The notes under the pieces: model-generated | The model's database searches: none | Seen by the model: the letters and a program-made list of their open reading frames with translations, nothing else | What the model was told of the DNA's origin: nothing | In this document: positions 23,232 through 34,292 of the stretch, piece after piece | Layout: every line of letters starts with the position of its first letter | Numbering within the stretch: position 1 is the stretch's first letter | Origin: Massalongia carnosa | Taxonomy: Eukaryota | Assembly (NCBI GenBank): GCA_965645245.1 | Contig: OZ287073.1 | Coordinates: forward strand, 930,001 to 994,000 | Direction of reading: 5' to 3' | Length of the DNA: 64,000 nucleotides | Made by a program: the position numbers and the translations under genes

Positions 23232-24766
23232 TGTTGAATATCCAACTCCTACCAGTACAGTGAACACCTACCAGTTCAATGAACATAGCACCTACGACTG
23301 CCCAGACACGCGGGTGACAAAATAAATTGCAACGTGTAAGCGAATTTACCCCCCCTTTTTTATTCAAATTTTCATCTCATCATCAACCATCATCTGCATA
23401 GCTGATAAAATTCATCTAAATTACATGAGATCAATAACCAGTCATCGCCCCCTTTGCATCTTTCACCTCTTCAATCTTTTGGGCATGGATAACACCCTTT
23501 CATTGATAAATTCTTGACTGACTCGAGCCCATCCCTCCCTAATCAGCTGCTCCAAACTTGCATCGTCCCAATGAGGAAATTTACGAACATGCTGCTTTGC
23601 GGGCTGCCAGCAATTTTCAATGGGAGCTAGATCAGGAGATGAAGCACAATTGAAATAGTGCTCTAAATCGTGATCTAACTTCCACTTTTTGACCGCGTTT
23701 CGTGTCTTGCCCGTGCCATGACCAAAGTCTCCATCTTCTTCAAGTACGAAGTCATCTCCACGCTCCAACCAGGGCTTGACGACGGGATCAAGAATAGCGT
23801 CAATATACACCTGATGAGTCATTTTTCCATTGCTATTGCTGGGCACATCGTAGAAGTAGATATCCGACTTGAAATTGTAACCAACTGCTGCCCAGCAGTG
23901 CTTTCTTTTACGATCTTTCTCAGGTGGTGCATCACGATGCTGAATACAATCCCAACGATATCTTGTTCCGGGCTTACGAATGATTCGTAACTGTCCTTCA
24001 GGCCCATAGCCAAAATGAATCTCATCGCTGAATCGTACGCGATGCCAGTCTTCGGACCGAGGATATTTATTTAACATAACTGTAGCAAATTCTTCTCTTC
24101 TTTCTTCTGATGCCATTGCCAGCCACCCTTTGACACAGGCTAGACATTTGTGATAATTCAAGGCAGCTGTAAGAGTTCTCTTCATTGTACGTCCCATCAC
24201 GTCGGCCCCAATCTCCTGTGCTAAAGCATCCCATGTGTAGCGTTTTCCTTCCAATTGTAGATCTTGATCCTGCAGAATGTGATCTGCCTCCTTCAGCTGA
24301 TCATCACTAATCTTTCGCTTTCGACCCCGAGTCTCAACGAGAGAAGAAGCTCCGCTTTTGATGATGTTATAGCCCGCGCGCTCGGCCACGCCAAATTCCT
24401 GAAAAATGGCCCGTGGATCGAATGGAATTGCATGTGAGATGAGAAATTGATAAGCTCCTTGAACTTTGGCCTTTGTGGGAGTATCATAATGAGGCTTTTT
24501 GGGTCGAGACATTGATGATGAGATAAAAAGTTGAAAAAAAGGAGGGTGTTTTGATGGGGCATTCAGGGGTAAATTCGCTTACACGTTGCAATTTATTTTG
24601 TCACCCGCGTGCCAGAGCAACCACCTACGGAAACCGTAGATGCCGTATTAGGCTTAGCCTAGAGATTAGATAAGATCGGCTCGGATAATCTTATCACCTC
24701 GCTTAGCAGAGGGTCATACATATCAAAGCCATACCATATAGCCATAGTCATATACCTATTTCAACA
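23232..24766. mobile_element. Solo LTR interrupted by a DNA transposon
   Basis: TGTTGAATATCC...CCTATTTCAACA; TSD CATAT; similar to 21195-21432. Confidence 0.9.
23307..24611 (-). mobile_element. Tc1/IS630-type DNA transposon with 46-bp perfect TIRs and a 5-bp TSD (CCAGA)
   Basis: TIR CACGCGGGTGACAAAATAAATTGCAACGTGTAAGCGAATTTACCCC at both ends; transposase 24512-23463 with FSDE, EEDGD and SPDLAPIENCW (DD38E); 1-bp frameshift near the C-terminus. Confidence 0.95.
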
Positions 24767-27067
24767 CATATCATCATTATCATTACATCGTTTCATCAGA
24801 TAAAGCCACAGATAATTTAGAAGAAATAATGCAAAGAATTGTACAGGAGGCAAAAGCTAGTAAATCAGGAACATTAGCAACATTGTCTCGTTCTAAACGA
24901 GTAAATTCTCAAACGACAGATACAGCGAGTTCATCACCAACGAAGAAAAAAAAACAACAACGACTGTCATGTTACACGGTCAAATGACTTTCACGATTGA
25001 TGATGTACCTGCTCCTCCGCATGTCAAATATGCTGAAAATATGAGCGCCTTGTTTGATGATTAGGAGAACAAACATCTGCGCAAGTGCATGTGAAAGGTG
25101 TCAGCGTATCTGTAAGTTATTGAGGAACGTTATACAAAGGTCAATATGTCAGAAACATGGACTCTCATCAAAGGATATTACAGCAATTGAAAGATATGTT
25201 TTGACAAGCTCTTTTAAAAAGGACACTTTTAAAACGAAACAAAGTGCATCGTGCAGGAACGACGCAGTTACGCAAATGAAGAGGATCTTTGGAATGCACG
25301 CATGCGATGTGCGAAAAAGACGGGAAATATGAAACACATGAGTCAAACAGAACTGTTAAGAGTTATTCGTAAAAGACGAGCAAGCATCAACGCGCGAGAT
25401 GCAATAATGACTACTCTGGATGACTAGGATATGCAACAAACCTAGATATGCAACAGCACTAGTAGGTGTTTATATCTGATGTTTATCCGATGTGTTTATC
25501 CTGAAGCATTCCTACCAAAATTTATACTGTACCGTCTCAACAGCCCTTACAAATCAGCCAATTGACCTATACCTACTCTCCAACCCTCAACCCTGGCCAT
25601 TGAAGCTATAATTGGTCTCAGCGCCTGGCCTAGCCATCCCTCCGTTACCAAAATATCATGCAAGCTGTTGAGGAAGACCCATTAGAAGGGGAATCAGATA
25701 CAGAGGTCATCCCAAGGCGTGAGCGCATGGAGCTTGCTCTGATCTCCTTTGCCAAAGCTATAAAGCGGTGGGATGAATATGAACTCCAGCCTGAAATAAA
25801 GCCTAAGCAAGAGAAGCCTTCATTCCGCCAATATGCCATCAAATACAATGTTTGCCATACAACATTATATCGACGATACAAAGGAGAAACATTACCTCAT
25901 CACAAAGCTCATCAAGCCCAACAACGCCTCACTTTCATTATGGAGGAATGCTTAGTAAACTGGATCGAATTATTGGCCAAATGGGGCTTCCCTCCAATGA
26001 TTTATCGAATCAAGTTACAAGTAGAAGAGATTCTCCAAAAAAAGGAAATCATACCCCATTGGGATGTCACTGGGTGGAGAAGTTCTTGAATCGACATCAT
26101 TCGTTAAAATCTCGCTTTTGCACTCCGTTAGATAAAGAGCGCATCAATGCAGTCAATTACGAAACAATCAATCATTGGTTTAAGCTCTTTTCGGACACAA
26201 TGAAGCAATACAACATTGAAAAAAGATACGTATATAATATCGATGAGAAGGGCTTTGCAATAGGCCAAGCAGGCAAGAAGAAAGTAGTGGTTTCAAAGGC
26301 AAACCTCAATGCATACATGTGTCAGAATGGGAGCCGGGAATAGGTGTCTCTTCTTGAATGTATCTCTGCAGATGGAGCACTTCTTCCTGCTTTCGTCATC
26401 TTTAAAGCAAAGACTCAAAGGAAGGCCTGGATGAATGAATTGGAGCGAGGTAATAACATCGCTATCATTGAGAAGGGCTGGACCAATAATACACTCGCTT
26501 TCGAATGGTTTAAACGTGTATTTGATCCATATTCGAAGAAGCGACAACAAGGCGAATATCGCTTGCTTATCCTCGACGGGCATGCGTCTCATATTACGTC
26601 GGAAGTTATCCAATTCTGTATCAATGAGAAGATTATTCTTGCTTGCCTTCCAGCTCACACGACTCACGTCCTCCAGCCGTTAGATGTGGGTTTCTTCCAG
26701 CCACTGGGGAGTCTCTATCGGACCAAGCTACTGCGTCTGATAAAGTGGGATAGCAGTGCTAACGTGGATAAGGTCGATTTCATTGATTTATATCAACGAG
26801 CTCGGAGTGAGACAGCCAAACTCACTACTATTCTCAGTGCTTGGCAGAAAGCACTTCTATTTCCTCTGGATCCAGAGAGTCTTTTGAAGACATTGCTATA
26901 GCCGAAAGATGTGATAAACACTGTTACTCTAAGGCCGTATACGCCACCAGAAGTATACTTCCGATCGTCGGATGGCGTCGCTATATCCGCTCCTACCAAG
27001 ACTCCAAGAAATGCAGCTGAATTCGATGAAATCGTCCACAAAGCTATTGATGGGAAGGCTACCCAGC

Positions 27068-27439
27068 TGTCACGGTGCGAGGTCAGGTAGAAATTCAGAT
27101 TGTGCAAACGTATTACTTGATTGTCTAGCTAGGTGGACAAGACGTTCGACAAGGAGAAAAGAAACAGAAAATCCAACGTGGGCGAGTATAAGACTCTGGC
27201 GAACGGAACCAGTCCCAATCCAGCCGTTGATCCAATTTCCCAAGTCCCTGGCATGAAACTATCGCTATGACACTATTGACAGTCCGAACACTTACCTTCA
27301 GCCGGAACACTTACCTTTGCCCTGACTAAACCGGATTAAGCTTAGTTCCTTTCGGATCGGCTAGCCGGCTAGTGCTTCGTTCAAGCAGCTAAGGTTGGTT
27401 CAATGAACTAACTGGCAGGTGCCCAGTCACTCCATGACA
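27068..27439. mobile_element. Solo LTR (372 bp) inside the pogo transposase
   Basis: TGTCACGG...CCATGACA; TSD CCAGC. Confidence 0.9.
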
Positions 27440-27676
27440 CCAGCAAGAGATTATGAAGCTAGGCAAGGCTGGATCAAAAGCGTACGTCGAGAAAGTGTTA
27501 TTAGAGACTAAAAATACTGAATTGTTGAAGAATCAACAGTGTAAAAAGGAGAAGGCCAAACGTTCAAATCAACAGCTCGGTAAAGGACGTATAATGAATC
27601 ATGACGTCCTCGAAGAACGGGAGATGAAGAAGCACACAGAGGAGCAGAAGAAGCGTGCAGATAAACAAGAGAAGGA

Positions 27677-27999
27677 TGTTGGAACTGTGACTGCAACAGG
27701 CGGAATGGTAGCACTGGGTAATTGATATGACTAGTTCGACAAACGAGTTCTTGCACATGCAAAACAAACTGGGAGAAACGATTGACTTTTTACAACTACG
27801 TAAGGTAAAACTGCTCCTATTTATGCCCGTCCACCAGCGATTCCAGAAGCTTCCATTTCCATCTCATCGGTTCCTTCTTCCGATGCGCTTTCTGACTTCA
27901 TACAAATTTGCCACCGCCACAAGCCTTTCCTTGCCGAGTGTAGATGCAAATTGCTTTGTCAGCTGGTTTCGGTACTTGGCATCGGTTGCCGTTTTAACA
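27677..27999. mobile_element. Solo LTR (323 bp) inside the pogo transposase
   Basis: TGTTGGAAC...GTTTTAACA; TSD AAGGA; removal restores KQEK|EFWEAW. Confidence 0.88.
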
Positions 28000-29283
28000 A
28001 AGGAGTTCTGGGAGGCTTGGAAATCTGTGTGGAGCCTCATTGCAGAGCCCAAACCTCAAACTCTAAAAAACAAGACAAATAAGAAGGCACAGGCTATCCA
28101 GCCAATTTCCATCGATTTAGACCCTTCAACACTTGCTCCGCCAGAGCCCTGCTTAGAGAATGAGGATCCGGAGTTCGCTATACAGACTGAGGTACAGGAT
28201 GTTAGGGGTAAAGGGATGAGAGGTAAAAGAGGCAGGAAGTCAGCCAAGGCCCGAAGTGAGGGAATACATAAAATCAAGGACGCTGTGACGGTATTGCCTG
28301 TATATACGGCTTCTGGGAGGATAGTGAGACCTCCTAGAAGGCGAGATTGACTGCTTTATATACTACATCATGTATAATATAGCACTGAGCCGGCCTAGCG
28401 GGCGGGGCCCAAGCACCAAAGCTTTCTAACCATTAATTCGGCCGTTGCTTGCAATTATCAGTGCTCTGAAGATACTGCAGCCAAATTCGATAAGGAAGAC
28501 TGGCAATGCTAATCAGAAGATTATCGGTCAAACTTCGGGTAAACCCCTACTAGTGCTGTTGCATATCTAGGTTTGTTGCATATCTAGGTTTGTTGCATAT
28601 CTTGGTTTGTTGCATATCCCAGTCATCCCGAGTAAAGAGCTCGTTCCTAACGAGGAGTTTATCAAGAACTTCTCTTACAAGAAGACGGGTAAGCAATATA
28701 TTTTGACTAAACCGGGTGATATTGCGAAGCAATATCGCAAGTTGATGGGCAAACCTCAACATTGGGATGAGGATCAGGATCAGGACAATTAAATCGAGCT
28801 TGTTATAAACATCAAATTAACTATGTTATCGCATTGTGTTGTGCAACATTTTGCATGAATAATGCGCTATATAAATCAAGTGCGCTCACATATAGATAAC
28901 TCGTTGAAAACAAGCTCGTATTAAACGAGGACATATATTTAAATTAAAGATCTACGCCCATATGGCCTACATGATTACAGGTTAGTTTACGAACGGGTAC
29001 CCCACCGTGCCGCTATAAATGATCGATGACCGAAATTTAAGTGATATCCTCATGATATGTGCGAAGATTCATGATTCAAATCTTGCGGAGTCCTATTAGT
29101 TACTATGCGAATATTTTATTTTTGGTTCGTTTTAAACGAGCTCGTAGAAAATTCTTTGAGACTGTCAATTTTCATTGTGAAGTCCTCCGTGCTCGTAAAT
29201 TGCGGGCTCTAAAGACAAATGTGAAATCAGTTTCAAGATCAAGAGTTGACAGTCTCAAAAAAGACCTCTAGTCCCTTGAAGTT

Positions 29284-29555
29284 TGTTAAATGGTGAGGCT
29301 ACCATCGGTTAAATGGTGAGGCTACCATCGGTTAGATGGTTAGGCTACCATCCATCGTGAGTCCCACGGGTGCCTGCCAGGCATCTATAAGAGGTGCCTA
29401 ATAGGAGGTTATGGAGGTGCCTAACAGGCAGCTATGGGAGGCCTACAGCATTACTGTATGTGACTGCTATAAAAGCAGGTAGATAGCCCACATAGATAAT
29501 TACCTTCAATGACAATCATGCTATTATACCTACACGTGAATTTTACTATTCATCA
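29284..29555. mobile_element. Solo LTR (272 bp) with 3 x 23-bp internal tandem repeat
   Basis: TGTTAAATGGT...ACTATTCATCA; TSD AAGTT; unit GTTAAATGGTGAGGCTACCATCG. Confidence 0.75.
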
Positions 29556-30245
29556 AAGTTTAGGTAGGATGAAATCGTGGCTTAAGATGAAGATACGGGG
29601 ATTACGAGCTCGTTTTCAACGACAATCATGCGATTTTGGCTCGATTTTCAAGGACATAAAGCTATCAATGTCTCACAGATGTGATGCACAATTTATATCG
29701 CTTTTATTACTGCGCGTTAACAACGAGTACGTTGTAAATAATTGTTCAATGGTTGTTGTTCTTGGTAGGGTAATCGATGACAAATCGAGATGTGGGCGCT
29801 AGGCTCAACATGGACGCGCTAAGTGAGGTGGGGATGAAGGTGCGAGTTCAATTCCTGCCAATGGCGACTTGAAGATCGACCATGGCTGGCTGTATCTAGC
29901 TAAGACAATACAATTAAGATACTAGAGAATTATAAGGTGCTGCAGAGTGATAGGTAAGATATGCTAAGTGTCCAGTAAGGTGTCTATGACAGGGTGATTG
30001 CCCCTGCCATGATTCCATAAGCGCCCGAATGGTGTGCTTGGATAATTTCCCGTTTAGGGCACCAGCTGAAGGCGGGGCACAAACCCTACATACCTACTCC
30101 ATATTAGTACAGAGTACTCCGTATCATGAACGATAATCTTCCTTCTCTTCCGTTCATTATGGACGACCTTTGCTATTTCTTTGCTTCCTCTGGTCGTTGT
30201 CTTTCAGGATTGCCATAACGGAATACAGAAGACTACACAATCATC

Positions 30246-31278
30246 ATGGCAGACCCATTTACAATCTCCGCGGGAACCGTCTTTTCCGCTATCAGCACGA
30301 CTTTCAAACTTGCGGAGTTCTGCCTTGCTCTCAAGGAAGTGGACTCCGAAAATCTTGTCTTCCTTACTCTGATTGCCCGTGTGCGAAAAGACCTGGACGA
30401 AGCATTTCGAGAACGTGGAGAGAAAACAGCCATTTGGGAGTCATTGCCGTACGGTAAGCGAGCCTGGATCGATGGCACAATTCTTGACACTCGACGCGCG
30501 CTTAACGATATTGGATCGTATGTCGAAGATGCAAGAATTGATCTGGAGCAAGGAAGGGCTGTTACTCTGAAACATCGATTTGAGTGGGTATTGACGAACC
30601 ACCAAAAGTTCATCACACGAGAAATGTAGGTTATCTTTTGTGTCTTTTGTTCTCTTGTCTGAACTGATAGGCCCTTCAAGGGCGCTTGCAACATGTCATC
30701 AGTCCTTGCTTGCTGCTATTAATGCGATGCATTGTCTCCAGGTGGTTCAAACTCCAATGCCGCCACCGGCCTATAACGTGACCACATCTCCAGAACTTGA
30801 CATCATTGGAAATGCTCCGATGTTGATGCGTCCTTCTCGACGGCGGCCAAAGGGGAACTCCCGAAATACCTCCCAGACTTCAGTCATTACTTTCCCCGAC
30901 AATACCGATGGGCTTAAAGCTTCGCCCATCTCCATCTCCCCCTACTTAGACTCATATGGTTCCAAACAAAGATCTGAGGTGCACATAGGCAATCTCCATG
31001 ATGCGCAATCTACCTTATCGTTATCGGAAACCAATCTCGAGTCACCAACAAGCTACTCTTGGCCACTTCTGCCCGAGATTGAGCAAAGCCCGTTTTTAAT
31101 AAAGGACTCTACTTGGACTGTCGAACAGAATGAACTTGAAGTGTTGTCTGCGGCTGCCGATGCTTTGGATGCTCAAGGAGTCGGATACACTAACATATCA
31201 TGTATGGCTGACTCGCTCCGTCGGACAGCAACCCAGGAACGACTGCGAAGAGCAAGAGCTAGGTTCGGAGCCAAATAG
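30246..31278 (+). CDS. Hypothetical protein with a fungal HeLo/SesA-like N-terminal helical domain; intron 30626-30680
   Basis: MADPFTISAGTVFSAISTTFKL start resembles fungal STAND N-terminal domains; GTAGGT...AAG intron joins ORFs 30246-30629 and 30640-31278 in frame. Confidence 0.7.
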
Positions 31279-34200
31279 ATCTTAATCAGTCGCAGCTGCG
31301 GAAAATACTCTAACTTTTTCTCACGATTTTGCGCCATTGGATCGTCATTGGTAAAAGAATTTTTTACAAGCATACAGGTCAATCCACCAAAATCATGATA
31401 CTTTAACTTATCTATACTTAGCTCAAAAAGCCGATCTATGTCATACGTTACTTCTTCGTGAAGAATGGTCTGAGGAAGCGAGCGTGCATATGCATATGAA
31501 TGTCTATTTGGGAATCTGGATCAACACCAATTTATTGAAGCTTATTATACATAAATGGGGTATAGGACCCACGTCACTCTCTGATGCCCTTGAATCATCA
31601 CACGAAAGAAAAGTCTAGTTTGGCCTGCGTGATCTACTCCATCAAGGCTTCAAGCGACTGGCCGTTCACAACTCAAACATCGCATAATCCCTTGCAGAGA
31701 CTACATTCGCCAGCAATGGTAGCTTCGGAAGGAATCTTAAGGAGGAGCCAATCATCAAAGCTTTGGTTTTTCTGGAACAATATCAGCCGAGCTCACATTC
31801 CAGAATCAAAGCACAGAAGCGCCATACTATTCCCATTCTCATCGCTTTGGGAAGCGCGTCCCCACGCAAGGTCCCAATCCTGAAGGTATATAGCCATGGC
31901 TTGGCCTTGATTATGGTTGGCGCCACGCCTACCGGCGAAGAAATTGCTGCTAGGATCGATATAATACTCGATTTCCGGGATTTCTATTTGCTCGTTGTGA
32001 GGGGGAGGAGGAGGAGGACCAGTCTTTGATTTCGGGCCTCTGATCAAAGTTAGGATTGAGACGATAAGTTCACCTTCCAAGCATGTTACGATGATGATGA
32101 GACGGTAGGTAGACTTACGCCATGAGAATAGACTCGATTTAAGATACAAAGTCTTGGTTGGCTTTTACCCCGCCGAGACGTTAGGTGATGTAACTGACAA
32201 CGAACCGAGATGACAATGGACGAGGGTGGCAGGGATGGAAACTATAGGCAACCAAGCTGGTGAAGGGACAACTTGAGTACGAGCGTCGATGGGAGGATAC
32301 AGATGAGGAGGGAATGCGCGGTGGATCCAAAATGCTAAGAGAAGCGGGAAGAAATGAATGCCGGCCTCGGCACTTGGTCGGGTTGGATGGAATCAGATGC
32401 CCCTATTTAGGAACGATGGGGGGACAAATACGAGGATGCGGCCGCGTCAGTCTTTGCTTTTCCAGCCTTGATATAAATTAGTAGACTTGGAGAACAGTTT
32501 GGATGCATGAACAGGAGGAGGGGATGAGCGTCTATGTATATATGATGGTTCATCTTCACCCACATGGCTTGTGTGCGTAAAAGGAGGTGAGAGCATGCAC
32601 GAGGCATGACAACCGTGCAACGCAAGCCCAAGCTATTCTACGACCATTTGCCTAGTTACTGGTTCCTTTCCTTAACATTAAAACTGTTGACGTGGTATCA
32701 TGATAGTACCGCGATAACGCTAAAGTTCACTCGTTACATTGAAACTCACCTCCCATGATTGGTCTGACACCCATGGCTTTCTTCCACACTATTTTTTCCC
32801 CTCCGCCGCCTCTTTGGTCACTCCTACCTCTCCACTCCCCACAGCGGCTAATAAATAAGCAAGGATTAGCTAAGGGTGGCTCAATCCTAAAAAGCGATTG
32901 GCTTCCACCTCTCACTGTCTTTCCCTAAATATCTCGCTAGGGCAAGGCAGCTCGACTTTCAGCGAAAGACTGCAAGGTCAAGGAAACCTCCGTAATTGTA
33001 CCCTGACGTATATAGTCCCTATCAGGTGCATCAACGCCTCTTGTTTCGGTTTTCGTTCTAGTGTGCTTCTAGCGCTGCTGAACTTGACTTCCTCTTTTTT
33101 GGCTGCACGTATTGAATACCTTTAGTCAAGTATCGGGTGTTTGATTGGATAGTCTGAGAATCAATGATGCTGTCTAGGGCTAGACTAACCAAGACCTTCG
33201 TCACCACAAGCCCGGGCGGCCACTGTTGGCCGTTTCAACAGCTTTCGAGCAACCACTTTAAATTTATTGCGGATTATGTTAACAGCAAGCAACGCGCGTT
33301 CATTTTAGGCGCTGAGTGCATAGATTGGGTATTTTCAGCTCTTCCTTGATTCTATGATGTGCAAGTTATCTGACCTACTCATTTGCATCAAAATCTGACA
33401 AGGGCGACAGGGGCATTCGTGGAGTGATTCGCTTGTGATTGGCTAGCCTTGTAGGACCCGGAAAAAGCCAATTGCCGTTGGCCAACCCTTTCGTCCGTTA
33501 ACACATTACTCTATCTGGTATCGTCGTTTTTTCTGTATCAAATCCCCAAAGGGACAAAGACCAAAACCTGATGGTTAGGCTGGTCGGATATCTCCACCAG
33601 CCAACAAAGGTTAAAGACTCAGGACGTATTGGCCATCCAGGTGAAGAAGAAGAGGGTGTCGAAGCTTGCATCACCGATCAGGAAAGCACATCTGTTTTCA
33701 TCCTTGTAGTAACTACTGGGTTTTAAAAGGGATCTAACTAATACTGGGACACCTTTTCTCACCACCTATCTTGACACCTTTTCATTAACACCCTTCGAGT
33801 AAGCTAATCAGATCGAGTAAACAAGCCCCTTGGGCACAGAAACTGATGAAATTCACATGCGTTTTAGACGGCCGTTCGATGCTTTCTCAATGATCATCTC
33901 CATTGAATCAAGCATTCGAATGATGTCATCGTATTTACACTGAAAGCCCTGAAACAAATAAACCGCATCTAGTCAAACAAACCGCATCTAGTCAATTCAA
34001 CCGGTCGAATGATTTCACCAGACACCTCCTCTTCACCTGGTGACCGTTCATCATCCCTTCTCCTCCCTCCACCACCTCATCCCCCTTCTCTGGCCCTCAC
34101 TCCGGCTCGCGTCCACGGCCCCACGTCCACGCCAAAACCCCATTCGATGCCTTCCCCACATGTTCTCCAATTAACTCTTGATGACATGCAGATGTAAGTA

Positions 34201-34292
34201 AAAAAAAATTCCGAAGTTCGTTCGGAGCGGATAAAGCATGCAACTATTTATAGTTGCTCGATCGGGTTAGCTTACCCGAGGGGGTGAAGTGG

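Larger units (their letters stand above)
25414..28632 (+). mobile_element. pogo/Fot1-like DNA transposon, degenerate, with repeat-containing TIRs and two nested solo LTRs
   Basis: TIRs CTC(T/G)GGATGACT..GATATGCAAC...AGCACTAGTAGG with TA TSD; transposase fragments 25658-28350 (YNIDEKGF, RLLILDGHASH, VLQPLDVGFF) with frameshift and stops. Confidence 0.92.
24829..28792 (+). pseudogene. Decayed scaffold gene split by the pogo element (...DAIMT|KELVPNEEFIKNFSYKK...HWDEDQDQDN*)
   Basis: Removing 25414-28634 restores one frame from about 25329 to the stop at 28792; the upstream part has in-frame stops. Confidence 0.5.

Noticed and set aside
26795..26805. Extra copy of the scaffold palindrome (also 52186)
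   Set aside because: Lies in transposase or host coding sequence with non-matching flanks; likely chance.
27727..28350. 207-aa ORF as an independent gene
   Set aside because: Chimeric read-through from a solo LTR into the pogo transposase C-terminus; likewise the tail of ORF 169-843 and the start of ORF 21317-21805 are LTR-derived.
3837..29770. Starship giant transposon
   Set aside because: No tyrosine-recombinase captain or recognisable cargo genes.
29790..29862. tRNA-like sequence (GAGTTCAATTCC B-box, CCA)
   Set aside because: The T-stem is mismatched and I could not fold a convincing cloverleaf.
31584..33349. Short ORFs as genes
   Set aside because: No coherent spliced model or recognisable motif; most short antisense ORFs in the track are shadows of real genes or TEs.
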